The notes under the pieces: generated by a model | What the model saw: the letters and a program-made list of their open reading frames with translations, nothing else | What the model was told of the DNA's origin: nothing | The model's database searches: none | From: Patescibacteria group bacterium | GTDB lineage: Bacteria; Patescibacteriota; Minisyncoccia; Phycocordibacterales; PALSA-1337 | DNA: 64,000 nucleotides | Reading direction: 5' to 3' | Assembly: GCA_018971685.1 (NCBI GenBank) | Contig: JAGXAG010000002.1 | Coordinates: forward strand, 2,276-66,275 | Part shown: positions 9,428 through 17,511 of the stretch, in pieces | Layout: the number at the start of each line of letters is the position of its first letter | Position numbering within the stretch: the first letter of the stretch is position 1 | Program-made: the position numbers and the translations under genes

Positions 9428-10705
9428 ATGTCAGTATCCGAGGCCATCTCTTTTGTCATAAATAATTTTCAATCGGGCGCCTGGCCGACCATCGTCGATA
9501 TTCTGATCACGGTCGCGCCGATATTCTTGGCGGTCATACTGTTCCGCATCATGTGGGACCTCTGGGTACAGTATATTCGCGCCAAGAATTACATGGCGGC
9601 CGAAAGGATCGTGCTGGAATTGCGCTTGCCGAAAGACACTTACAAATCGCCTTTGGCAATGGAAACTTTTCTGAACGCGCTTCACAATACATCAGATGGC
9701 AGTAAATATGCGCAATTTTGGCAAGGCAATGTGCGGCCATATTTTTCATTGGAATTGGTATCGATCGAAGGCGCGGTAAAGTTTTTCCTCTGGATGGAAA
9801 AGATACGCAAAACCAATCTGATTTCGGCGCTATATTCTCAATTTCCAGAAATTGAAGTCTCTGAAAGAGAAGATTATGCCAAGAGTGTTCATTTCGATCC
9901 GAAAGTGACCAGGATTTGGGGCGGCGAATTTGTCTTTACCAAGAAAGACCATGAACCGTATCCGATCAAGACTTATGTCGATTATGGCTTGGACAAAGAC
10001 CCGAAAGAAGAATACAAGATTGATCCGTTGACGCCGCTTTTGGAATGGCTTGGCAGCGTGCCGCCGAACCAGCAAGCTTGGGTCCAGATCATTATCAGAG
10101 CGCACAAAAAAGCCAGAAAGAAGGGGCATATATTCAAGGAAACGGATGTCTGGGAAGACGACATTAAAAAGCTGATCAATGAGACAATGATCCGCAACGA
10201 AAAAACAAAAATTACCGGTGCTCCGACGAAAGAAGGCGAATTTCCACGCCCGCCAACTTTGTCTGAAGGCGAGAAGAAGTCTTTGGAAGCGCTCGAACGG
10301 CGGCTTACCAAACATCCATTCGATGTCGGCATACGCGCCGTGTATATTTCTCCGAAAGACGAATTTGACACCCCGTATGTCTTGGGCGGCATTATCGGCA
10401 GTTTCAAACATTTCTCATCTGCAAATCTGAACGGTTTCAAGCCGAACGGCAAAGTCTGGCACGGCCGGCTTGATTATCCTTGGCAAGATTTTCGCAATTA
10501 CAGGAGGAATTTGTACAGCAAACAGGCGCTCATGGCGTACAAGCGCCGGTCGTATTTCTATCCGCCGTTCCAGAGAAAACCGATAGTCATGAATTCGGAA
10601 GAATTGGCGACGATTTACCACTTCCCGGGCAGTGTTGCGGCAACGCCTTCGCTGGAAAGAGTGCCGTCGAAGAAGGCGCAAGCGCCGGCGAATTTGCCGA
10701 TGTAG
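9428..10705 (+). CDS. Hypothetical membrane protein (N-terminal TM, large soluble domain)
   Basis: 425-aa ORF with motifs FSLELVS, YSQFPEIE, EELATIYHFP that I associate with a CPR-conserved family of unknown function. Confidence 0.85.
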   Translation: MSVSEAISFVINNFQSGAWPTIVDILITVAPIFLAVILFRIMWDLWVQYIRAKNYMAAERIVLELRLPKDTYKSPLAMETFLNALHNTSDGSKYAQFWQGNVRPYFSLELVSIEGAVKFFLWMEKIRKTNLISALYSQFPEIEVSEREDYAKSVHFDPKVTRIWGGEFVFTKKDHEPYPIKTYVDYGLDKDPKEEYKIDPLTPLLEWLGSVPPNQQAWVQIIIRAHKKARKKGHIFKETDVWEDDIKKLINETMIRNEKTKITGAPTKEGEFPRPPTLSEGEKKSLEALERRLTKHPFDVGIRAVYISPKDEFDTPYVLGGIIGSFKHFSSANLNGFKPNGKVWHGRLDYPWQDFRNYRRNLYSKQALMAYKRRSYFYPPFQRKPIVMNSEELATIYHFPGSVAATPSLERVPSKKAQAPANLPM

Positions 10706-10732
10706 TTGTAATAAATACGATCGTTGTTAGGA

Positions 10733-10776
10733 TACGAATATACGAATGATACAAATGATGCGAATAATACGAATGG
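10733..10776. repeat. Imperfect tandem repeat of a ~9-bp unit (TACGAATRR-like, 5 copies) before mltG
   Basis: TACGAATA TACGAATGA TACAAATGA TGCGAATAA TACGAATG. Confidence 0.65.
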
Positions 10777-11726
10777 GCAAAAGAAATATGTGGTATTTGG
10801 CGATAGTAGCGCTGTGTGTTTTTGGCGCGGGCGCGATCGTGACTTATGCATCGATACCTCCGGCGGATTTTCCCAAGGATGCGACGATGACGATAGAGAA
10901 GAACATGACGCTGTCGCAGGCGGCGGATCTCTTGGCCAAAAAAGACATTATCAAGTCGCCTGTCCTATTCAAGGCCTTTGTGGTAATGCTCGGCGGAAAC
11001 AATAAGATATTGGCAGGCGATTATCTTTTCAGTTCGGCGCAGTCGGCGCTGCGCATCGCTTACCGGCTGGTTCACGGCGACCAAGGCGTTGCCAGGATCA
11101 AAGTGACCATTCCGGAAGGCATTGCTTCGCCGGACATCGCGCGGTTATTGGCGAAAGATATCCCCGGTTTTGACTCGGCGGATTTTTTGAAAATCGCCAA
11201 ACCGCAAGAGGGGTATTTATTTCCGGATACTTACTTTTTCTACGAGAATGTTACGCCGCAGGAAGTCGTTGACCAGATGAGGGCCAATTTTAACGCTCAG
11301 GAACGGAAATTTTCGTTCGCAGTTACTATGTCCGGAAGATCGGAAGGCGATGTTGTGAAGATGGCTTCGATTCTGGAGAAAGAAGCGACTTCAACCACCG
11401 ATCGACGCATTATTGCGGGAATTCTGTGGAAGCGCTTGGCGGATGGCATGCCGCTCCAAGTAGATCCGCCGTTTTTCTATATTCTGGGCAAAACCTCATC
11501 TCAACTGACAGTTGCGGATTTAGCGGTTGATTCGCCGTACAATCTCTACAAAAACAAAGGCTTGCCGCCGACGCCGATAGGGAATCCGGGTTTGGATGCG
11601 ATCGAGGATGCCCTGAATCCGACAGCGACTGACTATTGGTTCTATTTGGCGGACGCGCACGGCGTCACGCATTATGCCACCAATCATGAGGGGCACTTGG
11701 CGAATATTCAAAAGTATTTGCAGTGA
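10773..11726 (+). CDS. mltG: Endolytic transglycosylase MltG
   Basis: VTIPEG, EGYLFPDTY, MASILEKE, LQVD, SPYNLY..KGLPPTPIGNPG. Confidence 0.95.
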   Translation: MGKRNMWYLAIVALCVFGAGAIVTYASIPPADFPKDATMTIEKNMTLSQAADLLAKKDIIKSPVLFKAFVVMLGGNNKILAGDYLFSSAQSALRIAYRLVHGDQGVARIKVTIPEGIASPDIARLLAKDIPGFDSADFLKIAKPQEGYLFPDTYFFYENVTPQEVVDQMRANFNAQERKFSFAVTMSGRSEGDVVKMASILEKEATSTTDRRIIAGILWKRLADGMPLQVDPPFFYILGKTSSQLTVADLAVDSPYNLYKNKGLPPTPIGNPGLDAIEDALNPTATDYWFYLADAHGVTHYATNHEGHLANIQKYLQ

Positions 11727-11736
11727 CGGTTTTCAG

Positions 11737-11755
11737 TCCAAGGTCGAACCTTGGA
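11737..11755. repeat. Short REP-like palindrome
   Basis: TCCAAGGT-CGA-ACCTTGGA, 10 bp after the mltG stop. Confidence 0.75.
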
Positions 11756-11832
11756 TACATACAAGTAAATAGGCAAGCGCGTGGCTTGCCTATTGGAAGG
11801 CGCTGTTTCTCACGCAACCCTGCCCTTGTTGA

Positions 11833-12234
11833 CTATCGAGCAGAAGCGAGTGAGTTATGGATGTTGCTTGCCAATACGAATGTTGGACCGCTGATAGCCG
11901 ATTTCAGATCGGTTAGGCTGAACGGTTTCGTTAAATAAAAACCACCAGCGTCATTGATCCGATCTCCGTCATTCGCCACGCCATCTGACATGATGATTAT
12001 TGGCTGGAATGGCGAGAGTTCTTTGGCGCTTCTGCACAATGCCAATCCGGCGTTCTGATGCCCAACATCGATGTCGGTGATGGTCAGTGACACATCATTT
12101 TGTGTCAGGAATTGGTAAGCTTGTTCCACATCACTGTGTATTTCGACTTGATACCCAAGTCTACTCAATGAATGAGCAATCAGTTCACGGAGATCCTTTT
12201 CAGTCGATACTACGAGCGCTAACGATCTATTCAT
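11833..12234 (-). CDS. Single-domain response-regulator receiver (atypical)
   Basis: LTITDID phosphoacceptor, PIIIMS, YLTKPFSL; the usual acidic pair is replaced (VVSTE). Confidence 0.8.
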   Translation of the reverse strand: MNRSLALVVSTEKDLRELIAHSLSRLGYQVEIHSDVEQAYQFLTQNDVSLTITDIDVGHQNAGLALCRSAKELSPFQPIIIMSDGVANDGDRINDAGGFYLTKPFSLTDLKSAISGPTFVLASNIHNSLASAR

Positions 12235-12280
12235 ATGTATTGTGTTGTTCAAGTTTAACTTATTTGATATCATAACTGAC

Positions 12281-13471
12281 ATGAAAAGTCAAGGAAAAAA
12301 GGTTTTTGTCGGCCTTTCGGGCGGCGTGGACAGCGCGGTTTCGGCGGCTTTGCTGAAAAAGATGGGTTACGAAGTCACGGGTGTTTTCATCAAAGTATGG
12401 CAGCCGGATTGGATCGAATGCAGTTGGCGGGAAGAGCGGCGGGACGCGATGAGAGCGGCGGCGCATTTGGGCATACCGTTCGTCACGCTCGACTTGGATC
12501 GAGAATATAAACAGGGCGTGATCGATTATATGCTTGCGGAATACGAGCAAGGCCGGACACCGAATCCGGATGTAATGTGCAATCGCAAGGTCAAATTTGG
12601 GGCTTTTTACGATTGGGCGATGTTAAATGGCGCAGATTTCGTGGCGACTGGTCATTATGCGCGGATACGCATACCCGGGATCGAAAAACCTCCGACCGTC
12701 GAGCCGGCGACCAGTGTTTCCCGGCGCGAGCGCAAGCTGGCCGGGACGGAAACACTTCGTCGCGACGAGGAGGGAGAGGGTTTTTCACTGATGGCTGGAC
12801 GCGATCAAAATAAAGACCAGTCGTATTTCCTGTGGACGCTAAAACAAGAACAATTGCCGCGTATATTATTTCCGGTCGGAGACTTAACCAAGCCGGAAGT
12901 CAGGAAGTTGGCGGAAAAATTAGGGCTGCCAAATGCCGGCAAAAAAGACAGCCAGGGATTGTGTTTTATCGGCAAAATCGACCTTAAGGAATTTTTGGCT
13001 CATTATGTCAAAACCGAGCGGGGGAATGTGCTGGACGAATCGGGGGGAATTATCGGTACGCATCCCGGAGCTTTATTCTTTACGATGGGTGAAAGACACG
13101 GGTTTACGGTCGACAAGAAGACGCGAGATGCAGACAAACTTTATGTCATCGATAAGGACATGGATCAAAACACGATAACAGTGGCGGCTCGCGCGCGCGG
13201 TAACTTCCCGAGCGCCGGTGACATGAGTCGGACTGTTCGCATAAGCCAAGTCAATTGGATAATGGGCAGTGCCCCGGAAGGATATATTGGCGTAAAAACA
13301 TTGCAAGCGCGCGGACGGTATAGGCAAACATTGGAAAGCGTGATCATAAAATCCATAGGATTGACTGAAGCTGCAGTGGAATTTGAAAAGCCTCAAAAGA
13401 CCGCGACATCCGGGCAGTCATTGGTCATTTATGATGGCGATGAATGTCTGGGCGGCGGCGTGATCGACTAA
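12281..13471 (+). CDS. mnmA: tRNA 2-thiouridine(34) synthase MnmA with an in-frame palindromic insertion
   Basis: SGGVDS, TPNPDVMCN, ATGHYA, KDQSYFL, DSQGLCFIG, CLGGG. Confidence 0.97.
   Translation: MKSQGKKVFVGLSGGVDSAVSAALLKKMGYEVTGVFIKVWQPDWIECSWREERRDAMRAAAHLGIPFVTLDLDREYKQGVIDYMLAEYEQGRTPNPDVMCNRKVKFGAFYDWAMLNGADFVATGHYARIRIPGIEKPPTVEPATSVSRRERKLAGTETLRRDEEGEGFSLMAGRDQNKDQSYFLWTLKQEQLPRILFPVGDLTKPEVRKLAEKLGLPNAGKKDSQGLCFIGKIDLKEFLAHYVKTERGNVLDESGGIIGTHPGALFFTMGERHGFTVDKKTRDADKLYVIDKDMDQNTITVAARARGNFPSAGDMSRTVRISQVNWIMGSAPEGYIGVKTLQARGRYRQTLESVIIKSIGLTEAAVEFEKPQKTATSGQSLVIYDGDECLGGGVID
12683..12786. mobile_element. In-frame palindromic element in mnmA
   Basis: Nested inverted repeats GAAAAACC/GGTTTTTC, CGTCG/CGACG, AGTGTTTCC/GGAAACACT, CCGGC/GCCGG, AGC-GCAA-GCT; carries the GAGGAGGGAG motif. 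Confidence 0.8.
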
Positions 13472-13504
13472 CGAGGTTGGTCCTCGAGGACTAACTTCGT
13501 TAGT
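13467..13504. repeat. REP doublet (REPIN-like) containing the mnmA stop codon
   Basis: ACTAACGAGGTTGGTCCTC|GAGGACTAACTTCGTTAGT, 19-bp arms with two G-T pairs. Confidence 0.75.
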
Positions 13505-13529
13505 TTTGCGTGTGTTATACTGTTCCACA

Positions 13530-14378
13530 ATGAATCATCTCGTAACCATCACAAAATCCGACGGCGCCAAGCAGTTATTCGAGGAACAAAAATTGGTCAA
13601 TTCGCTGAGCAAGGCCGGTGCTTCAAAGCAGGCCGTAGACGAAGTGGTGGCGGAAATCGAGCGCGAAATGTGGGAAGGAATGCCGACGGCGGATATTTAC
13701 AAGCGGGCGTTCGATTTGTTGCGTAAACAATCCCATCACGCCGCTCTGAAATATTCGATTCGCAGGGCGATATTCGATCTCGGGCCCGACGGCTTCCCGT
13801 TCGAAAAATTCGTGGCGCGCATTTTCAATGTCTGGGGCTATGAAGCTGTGACCGATCAGACGCTTATGGGCACTTGTGGCGTGGAGCATGAAGTAGATGT
13901 GGTGGCGTGGAAGGGCGACGAATTGGCGATGACGGAGGCGAAATTCCACAACGAGATCGGCCTGCGGTCGGACTTGAAGGTGTCGCTCTATGTCAAAGCG
14001 CGCTTCGACGACCTGGCGGACAACTTCTTCGATTATGGCGGCAAGCCGCGCAAACTCTCTTCGCGCTGGCTCTTCACCAACACCAAATTCACGGATTCAG
14101 CGGTGAAATACGGCGAATGCAAGGACATTCACATGATCGGCTGGAATCATCCGGCCAAAGGCAATTTGCACGAGCTCGTCGAAGAACACGCTTTGCACCC
14201 GATCACTTCTTTGCCGTCATTATCGCATCAGCAAAAGAGGGATTTGCTCGGGCATGACATTCTTGTCTGTTCAGATATCGTCAAAAATCCCGGCGCCCTG
14301 CATTCCATCGGCCTGAATGACGAAGCGGCCAGAATGGTTGTGAAGGAGGCGAGGATGATAGTTGATTCGGTGAAATAA
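13530..14378 (+). CDS. ATP-cone plus Mrr-like PD-(D/E)xK nuclease-domain protein
   Basis: N-terminal ITKSDG.KQLFEEQKL..SL (ATP cone); GPDGFPFEKFV, HEVDVVA, EAKFH. Confidence 0.85.
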   Translation: MNHLVTITKSDGAKQLFEEQKLVNSLSKAGASKQAVDEVVAEIEREMWEGMPTADIYKRAFDLLRKQSHHAALKYSIRRAIFDLGPDGFPFEKFVARIFNVWGYEAVTDQTLMGTCGVEHEVDVVAWKGDELAMTEAKFHNEIGLRSDLKVSLYVKARFDDLADNFFDYGGKPRKLSSRWLFTNTKFTDSAVKYGECKDIHMIGWNHPAKGNLHELVEEHALHPITSLPSLSHQQKRDLLGHDILVCSDIVKNPGALHSIGLNDEAARMVVKEARMIVDSVK

Positions 14379-14381
14379 TTT

Positions 14382-14568
14382 ATGGAAAATATCAAAGATG
14401 AAGTTAGGAAGTTTATGAAAGAGCGCGACTGGCTCAATCAGCCACGGCTGGCAGACTTCGAGAGGCGCCACTTGGGAAGCTGACCAGTGCCGAAAACTCG
14501 GTATCATGGTAAACGAACTACCCGCCGAGTTTACCGAACGAGCGATGGGCAGAGCGCGGTACAGTTGA
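14382..14568 (+). pseudogene. Chimeric remnant: MazG-like N-terminus joined to a DUF4406-like C-terminus
   Basis: One frame gives MENIKDEVRKFMKERDW...; another gives GWQTSRGATWEADQCRKLGI...* ending at 14568. Confidence 0.5.
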
Positions 14569-14593
14569 ATCTGTTTATTCATTTTCGGTCAGC

Positions 14594-14619
14594 AACCAGC
14601 CCTCGCGGGCTGGTTTTTT
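14594..14619 (+). terminator. Intrinsic terminator
   Basis: AACCAGCCC-TCGC-GGGCTGGTT followed by TTTT. Confidence 0.8.
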
Positions 14620-14654
14620 GACAAAATCCTATAGAAGAATACAATCTCTAGTAT

Positions 14655-14714
14655 TAAAAGCGGAAACCCCGACTGGCGGGGTTTCCTCGGGGCTCCCCAA
14701 AAAGGAGCTTAATA
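14655..14714 (-). ncRNA. Candidate small structured RNA
   Basis: Minus-strand TTGACT-N17-TATATT promoter (14748-14720), hairpins GCTCC/GGAGC and GGAAACCCC/GGGGTTTCC, then GCTTTT. Confidence 0.4.
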
Positions 14715-14756
14715 GTAATAATATAGCGGGTTAAAAATCAAAAGTCAAGCACATCG

Positions 14757-15365
14757 ATGACCAAATACGATCAAATGAAGGCGATTCGCGACGAACTGTT
14801 GGTTTTCGAACAATCACCATTGTATGAATACAGAACGGCGAATAAATATTTTCCGGTGGTGGGCGAGGGCAGCCATGACGCGGCAATAATGTTTGTGGGC
14901 GAAGCGCCCGGATTGAATGAAGCCAAAACAGGCAAACCGTTTTGCGGAGCCGCGGGCAAATTCTTGACTGAACTTTTCGAGAGCATAGGCGTCAAGCGCG
15001 AACAGGTTTATGTCACCAATATCGTCAAAGACCGTCCGCCCGAAAACCGCGATCCCACGCCCGAAGAAATCGCCCTCTACTCGCCATTCTTGGACAGGCA
15101 GGTGAAAATAATACAGCCAAAAGTCATCGCCACCCTTGGCCGGCACAGCATGGGCTATGTCATGCGCCGCTACGATCTCGACCTGGAATTGGACGCCATC
15201 AGCAAAATTCACGGCAAGTCATTCGAAACCGCTTTTATCGACGACGATAATAAACCGCAGCCGCTGACGATTGTCACCTTGTATCACCCTGCGAGCGCGC
15301 TCTACAACGGCGGCATGAGGGAGACGCATAAAAAGGATTTTGAGATTTTGAGGAAGTATGCTTAA
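14757..15365 (+). CDS. udg: Uracil-DNA glycosylase family 4 (Fe-S cysteines absent)
   Basis: FVGEAPG..E...GKPF.G.AG, TNIVKDRPPENRDP, LYHPAS. Confidence 0.93.
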   Translation: MTKYDQMKAIRDELLVFEQSPLYEYRTANKYFPVVGEGSHDAAIMFVGEAPGLNEAKTGKPFCGAAGKFLTELFESIGVKREQVYVTNIVKDRPPENRDPTPEEIALYSPFLDRQVKIIQPKVIATLGRHSMGYVMRRYDLDLELDAISKIHGKSFETAFIDDDNKPQPLTIVTLYHPASALYNGGMRETHKKDFEILRKYA

Positions 15366-15374
15366 TATTAGTTC

Positions 15375-17210
15375 ATGAATAAAACACAAAAAGCCGTATT
15401 ACAATTTGATTCCGGTGATAAGCTACTCGAGTATCTCAATTCAAACTATTCGAGGTTACATAAAAAATATGAAGATGCGTTTTGGATCTCCTATATGGGC
15501 GATCATAGCGTCGATGATAGTATGAATACGGCTCAAAAGGAGAGAGACTCATTCAGGGCCGACGCAGCGTTAAAAGCAGAAGTTGAAAGATTGATAAAAA
15601 GATCCAAGGACGAGACACGGAAACGGTTGAAGATTTGGAACCGCTTCTTCAGTCTGTATCAAGTGCCTCCTGAGGCTGTTCCGATAAAGGCTAAAATAGC
15701 CGTTTTGGAAGCGAAAATCATGCAAAAACGCTCAAGCAGAAAAGAAGGATACATAGATCATAAGACCGGTAAATTCGTAGAATCTTCTGAAAATAAAATG
15801 CGCATGATAATGAGGACAGATCCCGATGAAAGCGTAAGAAAAGCATGTTTCGTCGCCATGGAAAAATTGCCGAGCGATACTATCGGCGATTATATAAAAG
15901 TAGTCAAATTGCGCAATCAATTTGCCAGAGTTCAAGGATTTAACGATTTTTACGAGTACAAAGCGCGTATTGACGAGGATATGACCAAGAATGAATTATT
16001 CAAAATCTTTGACGATATCTACAAAAAGACCAAATACGGTTTCAAAAATATTCGTGCGATCGAAAAAAGTAAGCCCGGCCTGCGCAAGCCTTGGAATTTC
16101 GCTTATATGATGGCCGGCGATTTTGTCAAAGAAGAAGACCAATACTTTCGCTTCGAGAATGTGCTCGACTATTGGGGGAGATCGTTCGCGGCGCTCGGAA
16201 TAGATTTCAAAGGAGGCAAAGTCACATTGGATCTCCTGGACAGGAAAGGGAAGTGGAACAACGGTTTTTGCCATTATCCGGATCTTGTAAATTATAAAAA
16301 TGGCAAAAGATTGCCTGGTTCGAGCAATTTCGCTTCGAATGCCATTCCAAAACAAGTCGGCTCAGGAATACAAGGCATTCATACTGTTTTCCATGAGGGC
16401 GGACACGCGGCAGATCGCCTGAATTCGTTTCAGAAAGATGTTTGTATCAATACGGAGTATCCGCCCAGTACAGTATCGTGGGCGGAAACTCAAAGCATGT
16501 TTCTTGACGCGATTCCGGATAGTATAGAGTGGCGAGTCAGATACGCCAAGAACGCCGACGGCATAGCGTATCCTTTCGAATTGTATGAACGGAAATTACG
16601 CGCCTTGTTTCCGTTGAGGCCGCTTGAACTCATGAGCATGTGTTTTGTTGTGAATTTTGAAAAGGAGATTTACGAATGTCCTAATCTCACGAAAACATTT
16701 GTGATCAAAACCGCCAAAAATAACTTCAAAAAGTATTTTGACCGGTCTGAAGATTCTGTCTGGGCGCTCAATGTACCGCACATATACAATTTCGAAAGCT
16801 CGGCGTATTATCATGGCTACGGTTTGGCGGAATTGGGGATACACCAATGGCGAGACTACTTCTTCGATAGATACGGATACATCGTGGATAACCCGAAAGT
16901 TGGTGAAGAAATGTCGAAAATTTGGTCGTACGCATCTTTATATTCGGCCAAGAAATTGATAAAGATGGCTACGAGTAAAAAGTTAAGCCCGGACTCGTTC
17001 ATTCGCCATGTCACAATGCCGCTCGATGAAGTCTTAGCTCTGGCGAAAACCAGAGTTCGCAAGCTTGATAAAGTTCCGGTGTATCGTAAACCCGTCAATC
17101 TTAAAGGTAAAATTATCATGGTGGACGGTAAGAATAAAATCGCAGACAATTCGAAATCCTTCGAGGATATGGAATCAAAATACCGTAAGTGGTTAAACTG
17201 GCACTCTTAG
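15375..17210 (+). CDS. M3-family zinc metallopeptidase
   Basis: HEGGH zinc motif, AETQSM third ligand, LDLLDRKGK. Confidence 0.88.
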   Translation: MNKTQKAVLQFDSGDKLLEYLNSNYSRLHKKYEDAFWISYMGDHSVDDSMNTAQKERDSFRADAALKAEVERLIKRSKDETRKRLKIWNRFFSLYQVPPEAVPIKAKIAVLEAKIMQKRSSRKEGYIDHKTGKFVESSENKMRMIMRTDPDESVRKACFVAMEKLPSDTIGDYIKVVKLRNQFARVQGFNDFYEYKARIDEDMTKNELFKIFDDIYKKTKYGFKNIRAIEKSKPGLRKPWNFAYMMAGDFVKEEDQYFRFENVLDYWGRSFAALGIDFKGGKVTLDLLDRKGKWNNGFCHYPDLVNYKNGKRLPGSSNFASNAIPKQVGSGIQGIHTVFHEGGHAADRLNSFQKDVCINTEYPPSTVSWAETQSMFLDAIPDSIEWRVRYAKNADGIAYPFELYERKLRALFPLRPLELMSMCFVVNFEKEIYECPNLTKTFVIKTAKNNFKKYFDRSEDSVWALNVPHIYNFESSAYYHGYGLAELGIHQWRDYFFDRYGYIVDNPKVGEEMSKIWSYASLYSAKKLIKMATSKKLSPDSFIRHVTMPLDEVLALAKTRVRKLDKVPVYRKPVNLKGKIIMVDGKNKIADNSKSFEDMESKYRKWLNWHS

Positions 17211-17306
17211 TTGATTTTGACAGTAATTTTATCTTCTCGCATCTTCAAACCGGCAAGATAACCTCTTACTGTGGCTAAATACAGTAAAGTATATTATCAT
17301 ATATTC

Positions 17307-17504
17307 ATGGCAAAAAGTATTTTTATCGTGACTAGATTAGAGAGATCAGAAATCACCAGGAAGGTTAAATATGACATAATCGCTCAAAATAAAAAAGAAG
17401 CTGTAAAAAAATTAGAAAAGATGGATTATTTATACCGTGAAGCAGATGACGAACTAGAAGAGAATCACTGGAAGCCATTAAAGATTCTTGATGTTATTTA
17501 TTAG
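17307..17504 (+). CDS. Small hypothetical protein (65 aa)
   Basis: AT-rich ORF directly upstream of alaS. Confidence 0.55.
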   Translation: MAKSIFIVTRLERSEITRKVKYDIIAQNKKEAVKKLEKMDYLYREADDELEENHWKPLKILDVIY

Positions 17505-17511
17505 AACTAAC

